Shown here piece after piece: positions 53,255 through 62,666 of a stretch of 64,000 nt of DNA. Each line of letters begins with the position of its first letter. The first letter of the stretch is position 1. A program made the position numbers and the translations under genes. The notes beneath the pieces are model-generated. The model was not told the DNA's origin. It saw nothing but the letters and a program-made list of their open reading frames with translations, and did no database searches. This DNA is from an uncultured virus (IMG/VR IMGVR_UViG_3300050505_000328) (Duplodnaviria > Heunggongvirae > Uroviricota > Caudoviricetes), in the IMG/VR virus record IMGVR_UViG_3300050505_000328; one strand, given 5' to 3'.

Positions 53255-53767
53255 TCACTTGTCCCCGTCTTTTTCCGGGTGCGAGCGGCGGCTAGCCTCG
53301 ATGCGAAGCCGATCCGTCGGGACTTTTTTGGTCAGCCGGCTGTCGCTGGAGACGGGGTCGGTCGGCGCCTCTTCCGGCTGGAACGCCTCCCCCGTGAACT
53401 TCACGCGCGGGGCGTGGATCTGCGCGTTGGGGACCGTCATCGTCGCGTTCTCAATCGATAAAAGCGCGCCGCGCGTGTCGAGCTTCTCCCAGACCGCGAC
53501 GAAGAGCAGGGCCGCGCACCCGCTCACCGAACCGACGCCGAGCAGGCGAACCAGGCTCGAGAGGTCCGTCAACAGGTCACCCCCAACGTGTGGAAAACCT
53601 GAGAAAAGCAGCGACATCCCCATGCCCACCCAGACGCCCGTGCAGAGCGCGCAGCTCGCGAGCTCGCGCCAGAGCCAGGGACCGCGCCGGAGGAACTTGA
53701 AGATCGTCCCCTGCGTGAAGACCACCGTGATCGCGGCGGAAAACAGGACTACTTGGTACGTCGGCAT
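53255..53767 (-). CDS. Membrane protein with CxxC (DUF1360-like)
   Basis: IFKFLR...ELASCALCTGVWVG; three hydrophobic segments. Confidence 0.6.
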   Translation of the reverse strand: MPTYQVVLFSAAITVVFTQGTIFKFLRRGPWLWRELASCALCTGVWVGMGMSLLFSGFPHVGGDLLTDLSSLVRLLGVGSVSGCAALLFVAVWEKLDTRGALLSIENATMTVPNAQIHAPRVKFTGEAFQPEEAPTDPVSSDSRLTKKVPTDRLRIEASRRSHPEKDGDK

Positions 53768-53836
53768 GCTCGCCGTCCAGGATATCCGCGGCTCGGGGCT
53801 CGTCAACGCGCCGGCGGAAAAGCCGCGTTAGGCGCC

Positions 53837-54037
53837 CTAGAAACCCTTCTGTTCGAGCCACTTCTTCAGCTCGCTCGCCTGCTCGGCGTCGAAGGCGATC
53901 TCGGCGTCGTGACCCGTGTCGAACACGAGCACGCTGCCGTCCTCGCGCAGGCGAATCGCCGGGCATTTCTGCTTGCCGCAGCACATCTCGTACGTGTCCG
54001 GCAGCTCGATGTCGCGCACGCTCAAGTCGTCGTCCAT
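53837..54037 (-). CDS. Small Cys-containing protein
   Basis: CCGKQKCP...FDAEQASEL. Confidence 0.55.
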   Translation of the reverse strand: MDDDLSVRDIELPDTYEMCCGKQKCPAIRLREDGSVLVFDTGHDAEIAFDAEQASELKKWLEQKGF

Positions 54038-54199
54038 GTCAAGTGTCTAGCACGGTCACGCGCGGGTCCACAAGCGGGTCGTTCTCGCCCGTGAACGGGG
54101 TGCACTGCGAGCGCGCAGCGTGCCGCGTTACGGCCACTTTTTGGCCCTGGATGGATTGATCGCCGTAGAGATATCGAGGACTTACGAATAAACAAACGA

Positions 54200-54340
54200 G
54201 GTAATCAATCTCAGATCTCTAACCCGGAGAACATTCGAGTGAATCAATCGAGCTTTTTCAGAGAGAAAACAGTCGAAAAGCTCAATCGAGCTTTTCGAGA
54301 GAGAAAACAATCGCAACGATCAATCGACACAATCAATCGC
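54200..54340. repeat. AT-rich direct and inverted repeats; candidate origin or att-related site
   Basis: 28-nt direct repeat at 54244 and 54282 (26/28 identical); 11-bp hairpin 54273-54298; at least 7 CAATC. Confidence 0.75.
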
Positions 54341-54961
54341 GAGAGCCGTTTTCTTGTGTCTCCGTCCGATCCGAGTCTCGATCCGGCGCACGAGCTCGAA
54401 GATCGCGAACGTCGGAGAACCCTCGACGGTCAAGAGTGTTTTTCCGTCCGGGTCGAGCAGGACCGCGCACGCTGGTCGGCCGCCGTACACGATCGCGTGC
54501 GTGTTTCGGAACAGCCACGCGAGCCGTCGGTTTGCCCAGCCGACCAAGTCGAGCATCGCCTCGGTCTCCTCTTGACTCGAGACGATGCGAGCTCGCTGCG
54601 CGACGACGCGCTGGCGCACGGTCAGGTAGTCGCGCACGTTCTCCGCGCGTTGCTCGGCCTGCTCAGCGCGGTCGGGTGGCGCGCCGGCGCTCGATTGCTC
54701 GATCGTCAAGAGCAAGTAGCCGTCTAGCTCGCCGAAGTCCGGTAACGGCGTCCAACCGTAGAACCATGGCTGCTTCGATTGGAAGTAGCCGGCCCAGTCG
54801 ACAACGCCGCGCCGCACGCGCACGCATGCGATCCATGGGTCGCGCCAGCCGGCGCGCTCGTGTTCGCGCTCGGCCGCGCGCTTGATCCGCTTGGCTTCCA
54901 GCCTGTTCGGCTCCGAAGCCAGGTAGAACCGGTGAGAAACTGACTCGGTGCATGCTCCCAT
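54320..54961 (-). CDS. Hypothetical protein
   Basis: 213-aa ORF; less typical codon usage. Confidence 0.4.
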   Translation of the reverse strand: MGACTESVSHRFYLASEPNRLEAKRIKRAAEREHERAGWRDPWIACVRVRRGVVDWAGYFQSKQPWFYGWTPLPDFGELDGYLLLTIEQSSAGAPPDRAEQAEQRAENVRDYLTVRQRVVAQRARIVSSQEETEAMLDLVGWANRRLAWLFRNTHAIVYGGRPACAVLLDPDGKTLLTVEGSPTFAIFELVRRIETRIGRRHKKTALAIDCVD

Positions 54962-55005
54962 GGCCGGATGACGCCGACCGGGGGCGAGATCTGACAGCTA
55001 GCAGC

Positions 55006-55220
55006 CATTACAGTGTCCCTGTAAAGGGTAACCCCCCGGGTAACCCTTACAGCCTGACTGTAATGCTGGGTAGGGCTTTTCGCGCCCGGTGCGAAGCCTA
55101 CACACAGGTCAGTAGGGTCTAAACGACCGGATTCACGGTCTTTTTGACCTAGACCCCCCAAAAAAGCGGGCTTTTTGCCAGGTCAAAACGACCGGGGGGT
55201 TTCCCCGGGGGTTGGCCCCA
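55006..55220. other. Hairpin-rich non-coding segment in the divergent control region
   Basis: Nested inverted repeats at 55006-55065 and about 55114-55156; G/C runs. Confidence 0.55.
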
Positions 55221-56099
55221 AACATGCAATAACCCTTGGCGAGCCCGGACGGCCAGTCCGAGCAGTCCAGATCTCTGAAAACACGGCTCCCACCCCCCGC
55301 GGGTTCTCTCGCGGGCGCTGGAAAGCCCGATTGGATGCGCGCCCGGTGAACGCGCGCCGATCGAGAACACGGTTCGGGAAACCGTACACGGGAAACCCGA
55401 GCGGCCCACACTGGGCCGCGACGTCGCAAGTCGACCGCGCGCGGAGATCAACGCCCCCGGAAGGGGTGGCATTGCCGCGCCCACGCGTAGGAGCCGAAAG
55501 GGTAAGTGTCCAGGGACACGCCGAACGCGGGTGCGTCGACCGAATGCGAGCAAGGATAGGCCAGACCGGGGCTATCGCGCGTGACAGGCGCGATCGTCTC
55601 GGGCCGACCGTCGCGTTGATGACGCGGCGGAAAGTCGAACGGGTAACGGACTGAGGTAGGTAACGCGAGCGCGTAGTGGCGAGTCGCGCCAGGAACCTCG
55701 GTAGCGCCAACGAATCGATCGGACGGCCTAGCAGCGGACGACACGGCGACCGGGCGCCGCGCTACCCTTGCCAAGCGACGAAAACCTAAACCCCCTACTT
55801 CCTCTCCAATCGTTCGCAAAACGATTGACTGAGCTTTTTTCACATTGCACCGGCGCGGACTTCGAAGAGCCGCGCGAGCCACTACTCGCGCGTGGGCGCG
55901 AAGCGAGCGCCGGTAACACCGTTTTTATGGCACGGACTTGCCTGGAGAAAAGTCCACGTCTGCAAAACCTATTCTGTCCACGCGGCGACGGGCCGCATTC
56001 GGCGCGTTCTTTCGAGCGCGTCATTCTTGTGCGCTGGTTACTTCCAGCTTTCGCGCCGTGAGCCACGCGGTTCGCGGCGCGAGTGAAGGGAGCAATCGA

Positions 56100-56336
56100 A
56101 TGAAGTGTAAGATTCAGTGGATCGACAAGTTCGGCACGCCTACGCCCGACGAAAACCAAGCCGTAGGCGTCGCAACGTGCACGTTCTTTCACGCGACCGG
56201 GACGCAAGAGGGAAAGTCTTTTCCGATCTGCGAGGCGCACCTAGCCCGCATGCCCGTCGAAAGAAACTTCTTCCAGGGCGAACCGATCAGTGAATGGTCG
56301 TTCGACCCGTATCAGCTCGCTTGCGAGGCGCTCTAG
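56100..56336 (+). CDS. Small early-type protein
   Basis: AAGGGAG RBS; first ORF of the + block. Confidence 0.55.
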   Translation: MKCKIQWIDKFGTPTPDENQAVGVATCTFFHATGTQEGKSFPICEAHLARMPVERNFFQGEPISEWSFDPYQLACEAL

Positions 56337-56385
56337 TTTCATCCGGCTCCCTGGGCACGAGCGCGCTCGCGCCCGGTGGGCTGCC

Positions 56386-56643
56386 ATGAAAAGAAAGTTT
56401 GACAAGCGCACGCGCGCGTACCGTCTCGCGAAAGATGACGCGCTCTACGCGCTGAAGTGTTTCTGCGAGATGTTTCGGGCGATCCACAGCGCCCCGCATG
56501 AGTCGCGCGGCTCGACCAAGTCTGGCCGGCGCTACTGGCTGGCGACCGCGAGCACCCCGCTCGACGTCGCCGCGTTTTTCGCGCGCGAGTCGGCCGACAA
56601 CGCCGAACGCGCGTGGGCCTTCTTTGCGGAGATTGCAGAATGA
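56386..56643 (+). CDS. Hypothetical protein
   Basis: Coupled to the next ORF. Confidence 0.45.
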   Translation: MKRKFDKRTRAYRLAKDDALYALKCFCEMFRAIHSAPHESRGSTKSGRRYWLATASTPLDVAAFFARESADNAERAWAFFAEIAE

Positions 56644-57047
56644 AGATCATTCGCGACGGGATATGGCTCTGCGTCGACTGCTTGCTCGCGGCCGTCAACG
56701 GCGACGTGTCGGGCATCGACTACTACCTCTCGGACGACGCGCGCGACAAGCGCGTGGCCGAGATCTGGGCCGGCTTGGAAAAGCTCGGCCCGCACCTAGT
56801 CCCGGACTTCGATACCGAGGGCGAGGAGAACGACGAGGGCGAGACCGTCTTCCACACTTCCGACGGCGACGACGGTCACCGCGAGTTTTCCGCGTGCGGG
56901 TGCGACGCTTGCGGCTCGCGACTCGCGGGCGAATTCCATCGCTTCGCGATCTTGGGCAACGACGACGATCCGCCGATCGACGACGTCACGCAGTTTTCGG
57001 AGTGCGTCGACGCGCTGCAAACCGGCTTGCGCTCTCTAGGAGGATGA
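56640..57047 (+). CDS. Acidic Cys-containing early-type protein
   Basis: CVDC...FSACGCDACGSRLAG. Confidence 0.6.
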   Translation: MKIIRDGIWLCVDCLLAAVNGDVSGIDYYLSDDARDKRVAEIWAGLEKLGPHLVPDFDTEGEENDEGETVFHTSDGDDGHREFSACGCDACGSRLAGEFHRFAILGNDDDPPIDDVTQFSECVDALQTGLRSLGG

Positions 57048-57051
57048 ACCG

Positions 57052-57648
57052 ATGAAAAAGTGGATCGAGCTGTGCTCGGACGTCAATTGGGAAGACTACG
57101 GCGGCATGTGGGCACGCAAGGCGCCCGACGGCTCGTGGTACGTTCTCCAGTGGACGAACCTCTGGGACGCGGCCGGCGAGGATTCCGGGCTCCCTCAATT
57201 CGAGTGCGACGTCAAGCGCGTCGAGCTGTTTAATCTGCCCGAAGCCGAGATCACGAGCGCGATGCGCTGCGTCGGTCTCGCGTGGGTTCCGGACGGCCAC
57301 AACGGCGAGATCATGACCGAGAGCGGCGACATCGTCGCCGACACTGAAGAACGCACGGCTCTCGTTCTCGTGGAAGCCTGCGTCCAGTACGGTCTCGGCG
57401 CTCCGCTCCAGTCGTTCTCGGGTGACAAGTACCCGAAACGGATCCGCGCGCGAGCGCGGCGCTACGCTGAGGAGTGCATGCGCGACGACGCGCTACTCGA
57501 GCGCCAGCTCGATCGACCGGTCAACAAGATCGGCTCGACCGCGCGTGAGTACGGGCGCGGCGACATCGACTCGGCACTGCACCGCGGCCCGTTCGACACG
57601 GGCAAGCAGATCATTCGCAAGCTGCACGGCTTGCCTCCCGGGGAGTGA
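57052..57648 (+). CDS. Hypothetical protein
   Basis: AGGAGG RBS. Confidence 0.6.
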   Translation: MKKWIELCSDVNWEDYGGMWARKAPDGSWYVLQWTNLWDAAGEDSGLPQFECDVKRVELFNLPEAEITSAMRCVGLAWVPDGHNGEIMTESGDIVADTEERTALVLVEACVQYGLGAPLQSFSGDKYPKRIRARARRYAEECMRDDALLERQLDRPVNKIGSTAREYGRGDIDSALHRGPFDTGKQIIRKLHGLPPGE

Positions 57649-57651
57649 ACG

Positions 57652-58041
57652 ATGAAAAAGTACATCCGCGTCCGCTACCAGGTCCTCTCGCTCGACGTGT
57701 GGGGCAACGCCAAGGACGGGTTCGAGATCAACGCGATCTATCGGACCCGTGACGAGGTCGAGTGCACGGCCGTGCTCAAGCGTTACAACGAGGGCCGGCC
57801 CGGGGAATTCTACCAGTACGAGCCCGAAGACAAGTACATGGTGCGCGCGCTCAAGCAGGCCGACCTGCTTCGCAAGGGCACGCACGTGACGAGCCTGGCG
57901 ATCGACGGTGAGAACGACGCGACGCTCTACATCGAGGACGCGCGCACCGGCGAGCCGCTCTGGCACCTGGAGTGCCTCGAGCCGGAAAAGGTCGCGAGCG
58001 TGGAAGTGACGCCTTACCCCGTGAAGGAGACTGGCACGTGA
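57652..58041 (+). CDS. Hypothetical protein
   Basis: LDVWGNAKDGFEIN motif; GGAG RBS. Confidence 0.6.
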   Translation: MKKYIRVRYQVLSLDVWGNAKDGFEINAIYRTRDEVECTAVLKRYNEGRPGEFYQYEPEDKYMVRALKQADLLRKGTHVTSLAIDGENDATLYIEDARTGEPLWHLECLEPEKVASVEVTPYPVKETGT

Positions 58042-58319
58042 GACACTACGAATCTTTCCTGAAGTTCTGCGAGCGCGTGGGTTCCTCCGACGTGAAGCAG
58101 GACACCTTCGACTCGGTCTTTGACGAGCTGACCGACCGCAAGCCGGTCGGCGAGGGGTTCGACTCGGCTGACGCGGTCGACCTGCTCGTGGACTGGTACA
58201 AGTCCGCCGCGCGCTACGAAAAGCGCCCGCTCAATATCATCGAGAGCTTCAAGCGCCCGCGCGTGTGGGCGATGTTTCTCGCGTGGGAGCACGCGCGCAA
58301 AGCAAGGAAACGAGCATGA
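58038..58319 (+). CDS. Hypothetical protein
   Basis: GTGA coupling; AAGGAG. Confidence 0.55.
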   Translation: MRHYESFLKFCERVGSSDVKQDTFDSVFDELTDRKPVGEGFDSADAVDLLVDWYKSAARYEKRPLNIIESFKRPRVWAMFLAWEHARKARKRA

Positions 58320-58510
58320 AAAACCAAAGACGCAACGACGACGAACGGCGCCTGTGGGTCCTGAACGACGAGGGCCTCTACAACATGCAGCGTGGCTCGC
58401 GCCAGTCCGTGCGCGCGTTCGTGCGCGAGAACCGCGCCATGATCGACGAGCACATTGACGCCGCCCTGGCGCCTCCCAAGCCCAAGGCTTGGTGGGAGTA
58501 CCGAGCATGA
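58316..58510 (+). CDS. Hypothetical protein
   Basis: LWVLNDEGLY motif; coupled. Confidence 0.55.
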   Translation: MKNQRRNDDERRLWVLNDEGLYNMQRGSRQSVRAFVRENRAMIDEHIDAALAPPKPKAWWEYRA

Positions 58511-58710
58511 CCGATTACCACCGCTGGCAGATCGTCAACACGTGGAACGGCGGGGCCGGGGGCCGCGTGCGCGTGTTCCTCTCGGAGCGCGGCGGCGACG
58601 CTGGGCACAACGAGTGCTTCGAATGGGTGCTGCGCAACACGCCCTTCTCTTTCGAGGAAGCGACGACGCGCCAAGGCTACAAGATCGAACCGTACAAGGA
58701 GAGCCCGTGA
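58507..58710 (+). CDS. Hypothetical protein
   Basis: Coupled ORF. Confidence 0.5.
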   Translation: MTDYHRWQIVNTWNGGAGGRVRVFLSERGGDAGHNECFEWVLRNTPFSFEEATTRQGYKIEPYKESP

Positions 58711-58880
58711 CCCCGACCCTGATCAACCCGACTCTCATCAGCTACCACACGCCGCGCGACCGCGCGCGTGCGCGTCTCAAGCGGAGAGCGAGCGCGCTCG
58801 TGACCCCGTTCTTCGCCGTCTCGTGGTTCCTGATCGGCGGCCTCGCGTCGCTGCACTTCTGCTCGTGGGTGGCGCTGTGA
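58707..58880 (+). CDS. Small TM protein
   Basis: AAGGAG RBS; hydrophobic C-terminus. Confidence 0.5.
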   Translation: MTPTLINPTLISYHTPRDRARARLKRRASALVTPFFAVSWFLIGGLASLHFCSWVAL

Positions 58881-59299
58881 ACTCGTGGGTCAAGGCTGAG
58901 TACCGGCGACTCCGCGCCAAGGACTGGCCCGCGCACGAGGCTCTCCGCGCGGCGCGCGTCAAGGACGCATGGGACGACGCCGAGGCCGAGGGCTTGGTGC
59001 GCGCCGTCTGCGAGCCCGAGATTGACTACTACGACGACTCGTACGTCGACACGTGGGACGTCTCGGACGCGCGCAAGGCGCGAGCCAAGGCGGACATCGC
59101 CGCGCGCATCGAGCGCGACGGCCACTGGATGTACGCGACGGAGTACCTCGACCCGGTCGACGGCTGGACCGTGGCCGACGCTTGCGGCGGGTTCGTCGGA
59201 GAGGACTTCGAAGACTCCGGCTACGATACGGACATGAGAGAGGCCGCGCTGAAGGCGCTCGCCGAAGTCGACCCGAAACTCTGCCAAGGGTGGTGCTGA
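58877..59299 (+). CDS. Acidic hypothetical protein
   Basis: Coupled; DACGGFVG motif. Confidence 0.55.
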   Translation: MNSWVKAEYRRLRAKDWPAHEALRAARVKDAWDDAEAEGLVRAVCEPEIDYYDDSYVDTWDVSDARKARAKADIAARIERDGHWMYATEYLDPVDGWTVADACGGFVGEDFEDSGYDTDMREAALKALAEVDPKLCQGWC

Positions 59300-59300
59300 C

Positions 59301-59819
59301 ATGGCCGAAAAAGACTCCTGCGAATTCGTCAACGGCATGGCCGAGTGTTTCTGGGCCAGCGCCTGGGCGGACCACTGCGAGGAGAAAGGCTGCACGAACC
59401 TGAGCGGCTGCGAGATCACGGAGTGCATGCCCGAGGTCCCCGAGCTGGCCTACCGACTCGCCCACCGCGTCGCGGGGCGCATCGAGGTCCGCGCCAAGCA
59501 CGGGCTCGCGTCCCTGTTCGCGCTGGCGTGGAAGGCGGACGGCCTCGACCCGGAAGGCGTGGAGTACCGCGGCGAGCTCGCCAACCGGTTCGGCTGGTGC
59601 CTCGCTTACAAGGCGATGGGCGCGGGCGTGTCGTGGTTCGACGATCACGAGTCGTTCCCGGAGCTCGCCGACGCCGACCTGTTCGGCTGCGAGGGGTGCG
59701 GGGAAGTCCAACTGGACCTCCAGTGCTACGCCGACGACACGTGCGAGGAAGAGCACGACGACGGGATGAGTGACGAAGAAGAACGCGCGCATGAGCGCAA
59801 GCAGATGGGGATCACATGA
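59301..59819 (+). CDS. Acidic hypothetical protein
   Basis: 172-aa ORF; GAGVSWFDD. Confidence 0.6.
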   Translation: MAEKDSCEFVNGMAECFWASAWADHCEEKGCTNLSGCEITECMPEVPELAYRLAHRVAGRIEVRAKHGLASLFALAWKADGLDPEGVEYRGELANRFGWCLAYKAMGAGVSWFDDHESFPELADADLFGCEGCGEVQLDLQCYADDTCEEEHDDGMSDEEERAHERKQMGIT

Positions 59820-60346
59820 CCAACAACATCGCCGAAGCCGACACCGAACCCCCGCCCGTCGTGCAGATGGTCGACCTCTGCAAGGAGCGCGACGTGGGCA
59901 TCGTGACCGTGTGCGAGGGCCTGCAACCGCCGGGCGAGTGGGGATTCCAACACTTCCTCTGGCGCGTGACCCTGCTCTACAAGGGCCGCTCGTTGAAGAC
60001 TGACTTCAAGTGCGGCGTCGCCCACGTGTACCCGCCAAAGAGCCCGCGCGGCGGTCACAAGCCCGACTGCACGAGCGACCACGTCTTCATGGGACGCGAG
60101 AACGGTACGAGACTCTGCGGACCCGGAAAACCCAAGCCGCCCGACGCGGCTGACGTGCTCTCGTGCCTGTGCTCGGACGCGACCAGTGCCGACCGCGTCA
60201 CGTTCGAGGACTGGTGCTCGGACCTCGGCTACGACACGGACAGTCGCAAGGCCGAGAAGATCTATCTCGCGTGCGTCGAGACGAACGCGAAGCTACACGC
60301 CTTCCTCGGCGAGGACTTCGACCTGTTCGCCGGAGCGGAGCACTGA
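59816..60346 (+). CDS. Hypothetical protein
   Basis: DVLSCL..D...FEDWCSDLGYDTDSRKA.KIY. Confidence 0.6.
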   Translation: MTNNIAEADTEPPPVVQMVDLCKERDVGIVTVCEGLQPPGEWGFQHFLWRVTLLYKGRSLKTDFKCGVAHVYPPKSPRGGHKPDCTSDHVFMGRENGTRLCGPGKPKPPDAADVLSCLCSDATSADRVTFEDWCSDLGYDTDSRKAEKIYLACVETNAKLHAFLGEDFDLFAGAEH

Positions 60347-60382
60347 CAATCAGACAAGAACCCCAAACACAGGAGAACGGGG

Positions 60383-60841
60383 ATGAACAAGAGACAAGAA
60401 CTGGAAGCGAGACTGAAGAAGGCCGATCGTGACCTGGCGGAAGCCGTCATGGTCGTCGCGCGCTGCGCCCAAGAGGTGAGCGACTGCGCCGACAACAAGC
60501 GACTCTGCGACGCCTTCGCCGTCAACCCCGAGGAGATGGTCGAGCTCCGGAACGCCCTCACGCACTGGCAGGCGTGCACGCAGAAGTTCCTGAAAGTGGT
60601 CGACGAGGTCGGCGAGTTCAACCGCACAGCGCTCGGCACGGCCGTGCACGAGGTCGTGCTCGGTCGGCTCGAACCTCTGCCACTTACCGACAACCTGCAC
60701 CTCCAAGCAGCGCGGCGCGCCTGGGCTGCAAACAACGCCGAGGCTGCCCATCACGATTACGGCGAAGTCTTCAACGACACGCTGCTGTCCTTCGACCGGG
60801 ACCTCGTCGCGTTCGCCAAGAGCTACGGAGAGAACAAGTGA
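60383..60841 (+). CDS. Helical hypothetical protein
   Basis: AGGAG RBS. Confidence 0.55.
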   Translation: MNKRQELEARLKKADRDLAEAVMVVARCAQEVSDCADNKRLCDAFAVNPEEMVELRNALTHWQACTQKFLKVVDEVGEFNRTALGTAVHEVVLGRLEPLPLTDNLHLQAARRAWAANNAEAAHHDYGEVFNDTLLSFDRDLVAFAKSYGENK

Positions 60842-62304
60842 CCCGAGTCTGGAGCGCCTACCAGCAGGCCGTCTTCGACGACGCCCGGAGCGGCGAGGGC
60901 CACACCGTGGTCGAGGCCGTACCCGGGAGCGGGAAGACGACCACGGGCACCGAGATGCTGCGCCACATCCCGAGCGGGCTGTCCGTGTGGATGGGCGCGT
61001 TCAACAAGGAGATCGCCGACGCCCTGCTCGGCCGCGTGCCCCCCGGCACCCGCACCAGCACGTTCCACAGCTTCGCGTTCGGCGCGACGACGCGCGCGCT
61101 CGGGCGCGTGAAGGTCGACCGCGACCGCATGTACCACGTGCTCGACGCCTACTTCGAATCGCGCGGGCTCGAGGTCTCGGGCGAGTGGGCGGGCGCGCTC
61201 TGCAAGGCCGTGAGCCTGGCCAAGGGCACGCTCGCGTGGACCGAGACGGACGTCGACCTCCTGCTCGACACCTACGGCATCGCGGTGCCGTACAAGACCA
61301 AGGAGGAGGACACGAAACAACTCGAGCGCCAGCACTTCTGCGAGCAGGCGGCGAAACTTCTCCAGCTCGCCAAGGAGGTGAAGGGCGAGGTCGACTTCGA
61401 CGACATGATCTGGTTGCCGGTCGCGCTCGACCTGCCGCTGCCGCGCTTCGACCGCGTCGTGGTCGACGAGACTCAGGACCTGAACCCCTGCCAGCTCGCG
61501 GTCATGGAGCGCGCGATCAAGCCGGGCGGGCGCATCACGGCCATCGGTGATCGCCGGCAGAGCATCTACGCCTTCCGCGGCGCGGACGCGCGGGCGATCG
61601 ACAACATCATCGAGAGGTTCAACGCGAAGGTCCTGCCGCTTTCGATCAGCTACCGCTGCCCGCGGCTCGTGGTCGAGCTCGCGAAGACGCTCGTCCCCCA
61701 GATCGAAGCCGCGCCGGGTGCACAGGACGGCGTCGTCGAGGACCGCGAGCCCGAGGAGATGTGGGACGAGCTCCGCTCGGGCGACTTCGTGATCAGCCGC
61801 GTGAACGCGCCGCTCGTGAGCCTGTGCTGGCGCCTGCTCTCCGCGGGCCGGCCCGCCCACATCCAGGGCCGGGACATCGGCACGAAGCTCGCGAGCTTCG
61901 TAGAGAAGAGCGACTGCAAGACCGTCGAGGAGTTCCGCGCGTACGTGGACAAGTGGCACGCGCACGAGTGCCGCCGGCTCACGAGCAAGAAACCTCCGCG
62001 CCCGACGGACAACGTCGACGACCAGGCCGAGTGCCTGCTCGCGCTGAGCGAGGGCGTGAGAACGATCCGCGACCTGCTCGGCAAGATCGACAAGCTCTTC
62101 TCGGACCGCAAGGGCGAGCCGAAGATCATCCTGACGAGCACGCACAAGGCGAAGGGACTCGAGGCCGACCGCGTGTGGATGCTCGAGGACACGTACATGA
62201 AGCGCGACGGCGTCGAGGAGATCAACCTCAAGTACGTCGCGATTACAAGGAGCAAGCGCGAGCTGTACCTCGTGAATGGGTTCAACAAGTGGAGGCGGTC
62301 ATGA
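60838..62304 (+). CDS. UvrD/Rep-like superfamily 1 helicase
   Basis: AVPGSGKTT, STFHS, DETQD, GDRRQSIYAFRGA, SYRCP, THKAKGLE, YVAITR. Confidence 0.93.
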   Translation: MTRVWSAYQQAVFDDARSGEGHTVVEAVPGSGKTTTGTEMLRHIPSGLSVWMGAFNKEIADALLGRVPPGTRTSTFHSFAFGATTRALGRVKVDRDRMYHVLDAYFESRGLEVSGEWAGALCKAVSLAKGTLAWTETDVDLLLDTYGIAVPYKTKEEDTKQLERQHFCEQAAKLLQLAKEVKGEVDFDDMIWLPVALDLPLPRFDRVVVDETQDLNPCQLAVMERAIKPGGRITAIGDRRQSIYAFRGADARAIDNIIERFNAKVLPLSISYRCPRLVVELAKTLVPQIEAAPGAQDGVVEDREPEEMWDELRSGDFVISRVNAPLVSLCWRLLSAGRPAHIQGRDIGTKLASFVEKSDCKTVEEFRAYVDKWHAHECRRLTSKKPPRPTDNVDDQAECLLALSEGVRTIRDLLGKIDKLFSDRKGEPKIILTSTHKAKGLEADRVWMLEDTYMKRDGVEEINLKYVAITRSKRELYLVNGFNKWRRS

Positions 62305-62666
62305 CCCCGACGAAGGAAGAGTACACGGCCGAGCGCTGGCGCTGCGCGAACTGCAAGAAGACGCACGGCAAGGAAGTCCAGGCGATCAACTGTTGCATGT
62401 GCGCGTCCTGCGACAAGCGCCAGGCGACGCGCCGCACGAACCACTGGTCGAGCGGCAACGACATCTGCGACGCTTGCTTCCTCCGCGCCGAGCGCGAGAA
62501 GGCTCGCAAAGTGATGAAGGCGGCCCACGAACACGTAGCCGAAAAACGTCGGCAACTGGAAGCGTCTGAAGCGGACCTGCGAATCAAGACGCAACTGTTC
62601 GAGATCGCCGCCGCTGCCTGCAAGCCCAAGAAGAAAGAGACCGAGGAGCAACCATGCCCGAAGTGA
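62301..62666 (+). CDS. Multi-CxxC zinc-binding protein with coiled coil
   Basis: CANC, CCMCASC, CDAC; GGAGG RBS. Confidence 0.55.
   Translation: MTPTKEEYTAERWRCANCKKTHGKEVQAINCCMCASCDKRQATRRTNHWSSGNDICDACFLRAEREKARKVMKAAHEHVAEKRRQLEASEADLRIKTQLFEIAAAACKPKKKETEEQPCPK

Noticed and set aside
54244..54309. 28-nt direct repeats as a mini CRISPR array
   Set aside because: Only two copies with a 10-nt gap, and no cas genes
55928..55941. Sigma54-like TGGCACGGACTTGC
   Set aside because: GG-to-GC spacing is 9 nt rather than the required 10
2412..62145. Many long antisense or alternate-frame ORFs (e.g. 2412..3959-, 8342..9964-, 9043..10686+, 27258..28739-, 60823..62145-)
   Set aside because: Arg/Ala-rich shadows of well-supported genes, expected at high GC
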